DNA of 41,784 nucleotides, taken from a virus. The DNA lies in IMG/VR virus record IMGVR_UViG_3300032431_000020, positions 1 to 41,784 of that record; one strand, given 5' to 3'. The notes under the pieces are model-generated. The model saw nothing but the letters and a program-made list of their open reading frames with translations, had not been told where the DNA came from and made no database searches. Positions 1 to 6,538 of the stretch are shown here, one piece after another (within the stretch, counting starts at the first letter, position 1; each line of letters begins with the position of its first letter). The translations under genes were made by a program, and so were the position numbers.

Positions 1-127
1 CACCGAGAGCAACCTTGCCGACTGGAAGGAAGCCGCCATCGCGGTGTTCCAGGGCATCAACAGCGACCTGCAGACGGACCAGGACTTCGCCGATGCAGAG
101 CGCACGGTGCGGTGGTGCGGCGATATC
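1..127. repeat. Terminal overlap copy 1 (identical to 41658-41784)
   Basis: Read by eye: caccgagagcaacc...ggtgcggcgatatc is identical at both ends. The GTG at 44 equals the GTG at 41701 (offset 41657). Confidence 0.9.
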
Positions 128-1039
128 GAGGACCAGCTGAAGGCCGCCAAGCAGCACGCGCTGAGCCAGACAACCAGCATCGATGAGCTGTTCCGCACCG
201 TGGACGCCATCAGCGAGGAGGCGCGGCAGACCCGGCTGAAGCTGGACAAGCTGGTCAAGGCGCGCAAGGAGACCATCCGCACGGAGATTGTCGAGGGCGG
301 CCGGCGCGCGGTGCTGGCGCACTTCGATGCCATCAACGCCAGCATGGGCGCGCACGCGCTGCTGGCGCCGGCGGGGCTGCTGGCCGAACTGGGCGCATCC
401 ATCAAGGGCCGCAAGACGGTGGCCAGCTTGAACGATGCGGTCGACGGCGCCGTGGCGAACTTCAAGATCGCCGCCAGCCAGCGGGCCGAGGCGGTGCGCG
501 CGAACATCCACGCCCTGGAGATGGAGATCGGCAGCTATGGCGCGCTCTTCCCCGACCAGGTGCAGCTGTGCGCCACGAAGCAGCCGGAGGACTTGCGGAA
601 CCTGATCACCGCCCGGGCGGCTGATCACAAGGTAGCGGAGGCCAAGCGCCTGGACGCCGAACGCGAGCGGATCCGGCTGGAGGAAGTTGCGCGGCTGGAG
701 AGTGAGCAGGCCGCCGCGGCGCTCAAGGCTGCGGAGGACGCCAAGCCAGCACCCGAGCCGGCGCCGGTCGCAGAGACCTCGTTCCCGCCGCTGGAGGCTG
801 TCCCCGCACCAGCGCGCAGCACCCCGACGGCCGTACCAGCCTCGCGCATCAAGTTGGGCCAGATCAATGAGCGGATCGCCCCGATGACCATCAGCGCCGA
901 GGGCCTGGCCACGCTGGGATTCAAGCCGGTGGGCACTGAGCGCGCCGCCAAGCTCTACAGCGAGGCGGAGTTCCCGAACATCGTCCGGGCCATGGGGCGC
1001 GTGCTGCGCGATGCGCTCGACCTCGACAAGGCGGCCTGA
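1..1039 (+). CDS. 3' part of the YqaJ-exonuclease fusion gene (C-terminal coiled-coil / DUF1351-like domain); continues from 40993-41784
   Basis: Frame of track ORF 44-1039 is open back to base 2. It is in frame with ATG 40993 through the 127-bp overlap ((41701-40993) is divisible by 3). Stop TGA at 1037-1039. Confidence 0.8.
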   Translation, partial: TESNLADWKEAAIAVFQGINSDLQTDQDFADAERTVRWCGDIEDQLKAAKQHALSQTTSIDELFRTVDAISEEARQTRLKLDKLVKARKETIRTEIVEGGRRAVLAHFDAINASMGAHALLAPAGLLAELGASIKGRKTVASLNDAVDGAVANFKIAASQRAEAVRANIHALEMEIGSYGALFPDQVQLCATKQPEDLRNLITARAADHKVAEAKRLDAERERIRLEEVARLESEQAAAALKAAEDAKPAPEPAPVAETSFPPLEAVPAPARSTPTAVPASRIKLGQINERIAPMTISAEGLATLGFKPVGTERAAKLYSEAEFPNIVRAMGRVLRDALDLDKAA

Positions 1040-1041
1040 CC

Positions 1042-1197
1042 GTGGCCGACCACATCCACCCCAACGACAAGGCCGAGGCGCTGTGGGCCGCCATCTTGAA
1101 CATGGAGGCGCACCAGGCTGAGGTCACCATGTCGGCCTACCACCTGCACATCCTGCGGCAGCTGCATGCGGACGCGGTTCGAGAAGCGCGGAAATGA
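1042..1197 (+). CDS. Hypothetical small protein (51 aa, GTG start)
   Basis: Open frame VADHIHPNDKAEALWAAILNMEAHQAEV... Its stop overlaps the next ATG (ATGA at 1194-1197). Below the track length cutoff. Confidence 0.35.
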   Translation: MADHIHPNDKAEALWAAILNMEAHQAEVTMSAYHLHILRQLHADAVREARK

Positions 1198-1403
1198 AGT
1201 CCTGCAGCAAGTGCACCCGCTGGAAGACCGCCGGCCAGTTCTACCCAGACCGCCGGCCAGGCCGCACCCGCGATGGACGTCACCACGCCTGCATCGACTG
1301 CGAACGCGAAGGCGCCAGGCTGCGTGCACGCGCGCGCCACGTCCCGAAACTCCCCATGGCCCAACCACGCGACCAGGGCGGTCGCTTCCGGAGCGCCGCA
1401 TGA
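1194..1403 (+). CDS. Small Cys-rich (zinc-ribbon-like) protein
   Basis: Track ORF with CSKC...HHACIDC cysteine pairs. ATGA overlaps on both sides. Confidence 0.5.
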   Translation: MKSCSKCTRWKTAGQFYPDRRPGRTRDGRHHACIDCEREGARLRARARHVPKLPMAQPRDQGGRFRSAA

Positions 1404-1630
1404 ACCTTGAAGGCATCAGCCTTACCCCAGCACGCAGCACCCAGCACCAGCGCGCGGAGATCGTCCGCCTGCTGCGCAAGGTGGAGATGGACACCCGCCG
1501 CGTGACCCTGATGCACCGCCTGGTCGGGGTGCCGGACAGCTTCATCGATCGCCCCGTGGATGAGTGGATGTGCACGCTGTCGGTGGACGCCGCCAATGGG
1601 GTGATCCGGACCCTGCAGGCGCGGATATGA
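1400..1630 (+). CDS. Hypothetical protein (76 aa)
   Basis: Internal ATG of track ORF 1166-1630 (residue 79). ATGA overlap with the upstream stop at 1403. Confidence 0.5.
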   Translation: MNLEGISLTPARSTQHQRAEIVRLLRKVEMDTRRVTLMHRLVGVPDSFIDRPVDEWMCTLSVDAANGVIRTLQARI

Positions 1631-1878
1631 GCCGGCACCTGGTCCGCCGTACACCGCGCGCGCAAGGCGGCTTCAGCTGGGGCCGCGTGCTGAGCAGCGG
1701 CAAGGTCGGATACCGCCTGTTCCGGCGCGACCACACCGGAGCCCTGCACATGTTCATCTGCGTGTTCCGGGAGACAGACTCGCGAGCCTCCGTAGCCGGC
1801 ACGCTGCGTCGCGCGCGCCGATCGCTGCGGGGCAAGGTGGACGAGATTGATCTGGCGGAAATGGGAGTCGAAGCGTAA
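1627..1878 (+). CDS. Hypothetical protein (83 aa)
   Basis: Internal ATG (residue 22) of track ORF 1564-1878. ATGA overlap with the stop at 1630. Confidence 0.45.
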   Translation: MSRHLVRRTPRAQGGFSWGRVLSSGKVGYRLFRRDHTGALHMFICVFRETDSRASVAGTLRRARRSLRGKVDEIDLAEMGVEA

Positions 1879-2327
1879 TGAGCCTGCCCTACGAGAACGC
1901 GACCAGCGGGAATAATGCGATCAACGAGATCCAGAAGATGCTGCGCGGCTTCGGCTGCACGAAGTTCGGGACCGGCGAGGACTTTGAAACCGGAGAGCTG
2001 TTCGTCCAGTTCGAACACCGCGGCCGCATGGTGAACCTCAAGGCCAACGCGAAAGGCTACGCGGCCGCATGGCTGAAGCAGCACCCGTACGGGCCGCGCA
2101 TCCGCGGCACGCGGGCAGACCACGAAGCGAAGGCTCTGCGGATAGGCGGGATCGCGGTGTATTCCATCCTTCGCGACTGGGTGAAGGGCCAGGTCACGGC
2201 CGTCGAGATCGGGATGATGTCCTTCGAGGCTGCGTTCCTGTCGCACATCCTGCTGCCGAGCGGCCTGTCGGTGATCGAGCATGTGCAGCAGCAGAAGCTG
2301 CTGGCAGCTCCGGAGAGCGACGCATGA
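1878..2327 (+). CDS. Hypothetical protein (149 aa)
   Basis: Track ORF with balanced amino-acid composition. TAATG overlap with the upstream stop. Confidence 0.7.
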   Translation: MSLPYENATSGNNAINEIQKMLRGFGCTKFGTGEDFETGELFVQFEHRGRMVNLKANAKGYAAAWLKQHPYGPRIRGTRADHEAKALRIGGIAVYSILRDWVKGQVTAVEIGMMSFEAAFLSHILLPSGLSVIEHVQQQKLLAAPESDA

Positions 2328-2524
2328 AGCAGGAGAACCTGATCCCCCGCCTGCCGCGCCGAATGCTTCAGCCGCGCAAGGACGAGATTAGACGCCGGCT
2401 TGAGGTTGCCCAGGCGCAGGCCGCGTTCGATTCGACGCCGCGATGGTGGCGGCTGTGGCACCTGGTGTGGGCTCGGCTGGTCGAGGTAGATCGGAACATT
2501 CCCAGGAGTGGCCAGCGTGGCTGA
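2324..2524 (+). CDS. Hypothetical protein (66 aa)
   Basis: Internal ATG (residue 86) of track ORF 2069-2524. ATGA overlap with the stop at 2327. Confidence 0.45.
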   Translation: MKQENLIPRLPRRMLQPRKDEIRRRLEVAQAQAAFDSTPRWWRLWHLVWARLVEVDRNIPRSGQRG

Positions 2525-2675
2525 GCTGCTTTCCCCACCGATGCTGACCCTGATCGACGCCCTGGCCGATGCTGCGGCGGCGGATTATCTGCGCCTGGAG
2601 GCCTCGCCGGACCTGGCTGACGGGCGCAACCGCACGAACCCCGTCCCGTTGCCCGCTACGGACAAGGCGGCTTAG
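2517..2675 (+). CDS. Hypothetical small protein (52 aa, GTG start; alternative ATG at 2541)
   Basis: Open frame VAELLSPPMLTLIDALADAAAADYLRLEASPDL... fills the gap before 2686. Confidence 0.3.
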   Translation: MAELLSPPMLTLIDALADAAAADYLRLEASPDLADGRNRTNPVPLPATDKAA

Positions 2676-2685
2676 GCTCCGCATC

Positions 2686-2973
2686 ATGCCCGAACGTATC
2701 CAGTTGCAGCGCACCAAGGGCTGGCGCATGCCGGCCGACACGGTGAAGGTCGACCGCTCCACCGTGTGGGGCAATCCCTACCGCGTGGGCGATGTCGTCG
2801 CGGGACTCGGAACTGTGTATGGCGCCGCCGACGCCGTGAGCTTCTTCCGGCGCTACTGCCTGCCGCCTGCCGGGCGCTCGTACGAAGAGCTGCGCGGGAA
2901 GAACCTGGCTTGTTGGTGCCGACTTGGCACTCCCTGCCACTCAGACGTGCTGCTCGAGCTGGCCAACCGCTGA
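2686..2973 (+). CDS. DUF4326-like protein (95 aa)
   Basis: RTKGWRMP...VDRSTVWGNPY...LRGKNLACWC...CHSDVLLELAN matches the DUF4326 pattern as I remember it. Internal ATG (residue 40) of track ORF 2569-2973. Confidence 0.7.
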   Translation: MPERIQLQRTKGWRMPADTVKVDRSTVWGNPYRVGDVVAGLGTVYGAADAVSFFRRYCLPPAGRSYEELRGKNLACWCRLGTPCHSDVLLELANR

Positions 2974-4547
2974 TGCGTACCGCCGCCTACGCCCGCTACA
3001 GTTCCGACCAGCAGAGAGACGCCAGCCTCGAGGACCAGCTGCGCAACTGCCGCGCCTACGCCGCGCGCCAGGGCTGGCCAGCACCGGAGGAATTCACTGA
3101 CGCCGCCATGAGCGGGGCCCGCAACGATCGCCCGGGCTACCTGCGCCTGATTGCCGCTGCCGGCCGGCTCGACGTGATCCTGGTCGATGACCTGTCCCGT
3201 CTCTCTCGCGACAGCATCGAGAGCGCGCAGGCAGTGAAGCGCCTCACTTTCGCCGGCGTGCGCCTGATCGGCGTGAGCGATGGCGTGGACACCGGCCGGA
3301 AGGGCCACAAGGTCGACGTCGGCCTGCGCGGGCTGATGTCCGAGCTCTACCTCTCAGACCTGGCAGACAAGACGCACCGCGGCCTCTCCGGTCGTGCACT
3401 CGACGGCGCCAGCGCGGGCGGCCTGGCCTATGGCTACCGGGTGACGTCCGTGGGATACCGCGACATCGATCCAGATCAGGGCGCGGTAGTACGCCGGATA
3501 TTCGCCGAGTACCTGGACGGCAAGTCCGCGCGCGCGATCGCGGCCGGCTTGAACGCAGACCGTATCCCGTCCTCGCGCGGCGGCACCTGGGCCATGACCG
3601 CGATCTACGGCGACACGAAGCGCGGCATCGGCATCCTGGTCAATCCGATCTACCGGGGGCTGCAGGTGTGGAACCGCAGCCACTGGGAGAAGCATCCGGA
3701 CACCGGGCGCCGGATCCGCAAGGAGCGGCCGCCGTCGGAGTGGATCACGAAGGAGCTGCCCGAGCTGGCCATCGTCGACGCGGCGACTTGGCAGGCGGTG
3801 CAGGATCGGCTGGGAGGCTCACGCCAGCCCCACCATGGCCGCCCCAAGGCCGGGCGCCCGCCCTCGCACCTGCTGAGCGGCATCCTGCGCTGTGGGACGT
3901 GTGGCGGGCCTCTGGTGGTGCTGGACCGCTACCGTTACGGCTGCAGCGTGCACAAGGACCGCGGCGATGCCGTCTGCAACAGCCGCCTGCGCATCCCCCG
4001 GACCGCGACCGAGGCCGCGCTGCTTTCGGGCATCAAGGAGCAGCTGCTCAGCGAGGCCGCGTTCCAGCGCTTCCAGCGGCGCGTGGCCGCAGCGCTGAAG
4101 AGTGCCGCCCCCAACCTGGACGCGATGAAGCGGAAGCTCGCCGACAGCGAGCGCGAGCGCGACAACGTGATGGCTGCCATCCGCGCCGGCATTATCACCC
4201 CGACCACGAAGGCCGACATGGTGCGGGCAGAGCGCCAGGTGGCCACGGCAATCGCCGAGCTAGAGCGGATGCGCGGCTTCCAGCCAGCCCAGATGCTGCC
4301 GCGCGCACGCGACGAGTGGCGGAAGATCGTCGACACGCTGGAGAACTACGCCCGCAATGTGCCGGCCGCGCGCGCCGCGCTACGCAAGATGCTCGGCGAC
4401 CAGGTGACGATCAAAGAAAAAGCCGGAGACCTCTATGCGGAGATCGCCGGCTCGTCTGATTCGCAGATTAACGTGGTAGCGGGGGCAGGATTCGGACTTC
4501 ATCTGTCCGGGAGGATCGAGATCCCGCTCCGCTTGAGGCGCGCATGA
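2973..4547 (+). CDS. int: Large serine recombinase (phage integrase)
   Basis: N-terminal resolvase motif AAYARYSSDQQ, then VILVDDLSRLSRD. A recombinase domain is followed by the zinc ribbon CGTCGG...CSVHKDRGDAVC and a C-terminal coiled coil. Start is at residue 70 of the track ORF, overlapping the upstream stop (TGATG). Confidence 0.9.
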   Translation: MRTAAYARYSSDQQRDASLEDQLRNCRAYAARQGWPAPEEFTDAAMSGARNDRPGYLRLIAAAGRLDVILVDDLSRLSRDSIESAQAVKRLTFAGVRLIGVSDGVDTGRKGHKVDVGLRGLMSELYLSDLADKTHRGLSGRALDGASAGGLAYGYRVTSVGYRDIDPDQGAVVRRIFAEYLDGKSARAIAAGLNADRIPSSRGGTWAMTAIYGDTKRGIGILVNPIYRGLQVWNRSHWEKHPDTGRRIRKERPPSEWITKELPELAIVDAATWQAVQDRLGGSRQPHHGRPKAGRPPSHLLSGILRCGTCGGPLVVLDRYRYGCSVHKDRGDAVCNSRLRIPRTATEAALLSGIKEQLLSEAAFQRFQRRVAAALKSAAPNLDAMKRKLADSERERDNVMAAIRAGIITPTTKADMVRAERQVATAIAELERMRGFQPAQMLPRARDEWRKIVDTLENYARNVPAARAALRKMLGDQVTIKEKAGDLYAEIAGSSDSQINVVAGAGFGLHLSGRIEIPLRLRRA

Positions 4548-4672
4548 TAGAGCCAGGAGGCCCTGCGGCGCAAGGCTGAACGGATCAGGTCGCCCCAATG
4601 CATGGTGCCTCGCGGCCGATTCCCCCCCGTCGAGACGACCCAGACCCACGCCGACGCCCTGGCCGACCGGCT
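4548..4672. other. Candidate attP-containing intergenic region
   Basis: Position only: a non-coding gap between the integrase 3' end and the convergent tail fibre gene. This matches the J-b-attP-int order of lambda. No convincing dyad found by eye. Confidence 0.25.
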
Positions 4673-6538
4673 TTAGCCCGCAACCTCTTGCCCATGGATG
4701 TAGCAGGCCCAGTTGACCGTGGTGGCCGCAGCGCCCGTGGCTTCGACCCTCAGCGTCTTGAGCGTGTCGTTTGCCGTTACGGCCACGCTCCACCCCACGC
4801 CGGAGTCAGCCACTACGGTAGGCGTCACGGCAGCCACCAGCGCAAGCGTGCCGTTGTCTCGGTCCAGATGGGCTACAAACTCCCACGTCTTCTTGCCCCC
4901 AGTGTTCCCTGGCTGACGTGCGATCACCATGCCACGATAGATGCCGCTGCGGTTGTTGAGGCTGCCGAAAAACACCTGGTTGTTAGCTGCTGCTGCGCCT
5001 GTCTCGGTCGTCAATGTCACTGGCGTTGCTGAAGTGGTAGCGCCGTGCAGGGTGTATCGGGTGCGCTGCGCGGCCCCATACATTACCCCTTCAACATACG
5101 CGGACTGGACCCCGTGTGCAGTAGCGGTAGCGCCGGTTGCACCGATAACCACCGCGCTCTCTGCATTGGCAGTGCCGCCGGCCAGAGACACGGCGTTCGT
5201 TCCGGTAGCGGTGCCATTCGTTCCGCCTAGCGCAACGGACTGAATGCCGGACGCTGTTGCTGAAGTCCCCGCCGCAAACGATCCCGTCCCCGATGCGATG
5301 CAGCTTATGCCCCCCGCAACAGTTGAGTTCGTGCCGCTTGCGGTGTTCCCCCGCCCGCCGCCGACCACAGATTCACCGCCACTGGCAACCTGCGCTGCGG
5401 TCGTCCTGATTTTCTGGAAGTCAGTCGCCCGACTGCCACGCTTGTTCCCCCCGGCTACTGCGCTGTCAGAGATCTGTGCGAGTGTTGCACCGGCAGCTTT
5501 GGCGATAAGTGCCGCGTCCACATCGGATGCGGCATTGGTCGCCGTGAAGCTGACCACTGGGACAATCGCGTTAGGTGCGGTGGTGTTGACCGCCTCTGTC
5601 CAGTGGGTCAAACCGCCACCACCGCCTACAAGTGCCGCGCCGCTGGCACGTTCATAGCCCACGCACCGCCAGTTGCCTGAGCCTTCGGATACGAACACCG
5701 CCGTATCGTTCGCCGCTGTGACGATGTTCGCCGCGCTGGGCAGGATCAGGCTGGTCGCGTTGTGCGTGAGCGTCAGGATGCCAGCGAATCGCACCACACG
5801 CGGCGTACCGGCTTGGATGGTGCCAAGCGCGGTGATCGTGGTCGTGCCGGTGATGTGAACGAAGTTGCCGGTAGCCGCGCCAATGTTGGTCGTGGCCGCA
5901 CTGGCAATGTCTGAGCCCTTCGCCCAATTGATCGCTGTGGTCAGGCTGCCGCCCGTGAAGCTGCCACCTGCCGCTTGATAGCTCGGCGCAACGCCAGCGC
6001 CGTTACTGGTGAGTACGTGGGTAGATGTACCTGCGGCCAGGCGTACAGGAGCGCCAGCGGTGCCGCCGATGATTACGTCCCCTGCGGTAGTCATGGGGTT
6101 GGACATGCCACCGCCACCTCCGACCAATGGTGTCCCGTCCGCCCGTTCGTAACCTACGCACCGCCAGTTGCCCGCACCCAGCGAGACCACCACCGCCACA
6201 TCGCCGGCAGCAGTCGTGATGTTGGCGCCGGTCGGCAGGATCAAGCTGGTAGCGTTGTGGGTCAGGACGAGCACGCCCGCGAACACCAGCGTGAACTCTG
6301 CGCCAGTGGCCACCGTTCCAAGCGCCGTTATGGTCGTGGTGCCGGTGATCGAGACCAGGTTCCCGGTCGCGGCTGAAAGGGCGGGCGTGGCCGATGCGAT
6401 GGGTGCCGAGGTCGTACCGCGAAATAGGTCGGCGATGCCTTGCGTGGTCGTGCGCTTGTCTACCGCCCCCTGTGTCAATGGGACGATCTCATCCCCGACT
6501 AGCGTGGTGGCTGCCGGGTTGGTCGGGAAGGTTGCCAT
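4673..6538 (-). CDS. Tail fibre protein with internal duplicated module and Gly/Ala/Thr/Ser repeat region
   Basis: Last gene of the tail operon. Two ~95-aa repeats (..ITGTTTITALGT..LTHNATSLILP..GNWRCVGYERA.G..LVGGGGG), then SGT/AGG repeats reminiscent of YadA-head (Hep_Hag) repeats. Confidence 0.8.
   Translation of the reverse strand: MATFPTNPAATTLVGDEIVPLTQGAVDKRTTTQGIADLFRGTTSAPIASATPALSAATGNLVSITGTTTITALGTVATGAEFTLVFAGVLVLTHNATSLILPTGANITTAAGDVAVVVSLGAGNWRCVGYERADGTPLVGGGGGMSNPMTTAGDVIIGGTAGAPVRLAAGTSTHVLTSNGAGVAPSYQAAGGSFTGGSLTTAINWAKGSDIASAATTNIGAATGNFVHITGTTTITALGTIQAGTPRVVRFAGILTLTHNATSLILPSAANIVTAANDTAVFVSEGSGNWRCVGYERASGAALVGGGGGLTHWTEAVNTTAPNAIVPVVSFTATNAASDVDAALIAKAAGATLAQISDSAVAGGNKRGSRATDFQKIRTTAAQVASGGESVVGGGRGNTASGTNSTVAGGISCIASGTGSFAAGTSATASGIQSVALGGTNGTATGTNAVSLAGGTANAESAVVIGATGATATAHGVQSAYVEGVMYGAAQRTRYTLHGATTSATPVTLTTETGAAAANNQVFFGSLNNRSGIYRGMVIARQPGNTGGKKTWEFVAHLDRDNGTLALVAAVTPTVVADSGVGWSVAVTANDTLKTLRVEATGAAATTVNWACYIHGQEVAG
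5612..5908 (-). repeat. Tail-fibre intragenic repeat, copy 2 (aa 211-309)
   Basis: Protein and DNA similarity to copy 1, read by eye. Confidence 0.8.
6107..6400 (-). repeat. Tail-fibre intragenic repeat, copy 1 (aa 47-144)
   Basis: Protein and DNA similarity to copy 2, read by eye. Confidence 0.8.

Noticed and set aside
1-127. The 127-bp terminal repeat as a physical direct terminal repeat of the virion DNA
   Set aside because: It lies in the middle of an intact coding frame. The phage also has an HNH plus HK97-type terminase set that suggests cos ends. An exact end overlap is more simply an assembly signature of a circular molecule. Read-end data would be needed to be sure.
4548-4600. Intrinsic terminator directly after the integrase gene (GCCCTGC-GGC-GCAAGGC)
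   Set aside because: The stem has a mismatch, the loop is only 3 nt and no T-tract follows.
4673-6538. Tail-fibre repeats as a diversity-generating retroelement (TR/VR pair)
   Set aside because: No reverse transcriptase gene occurs anywhere in the genome. Both copies are in-frame parts of the same gene, and their differences are not confined to adenine positions.
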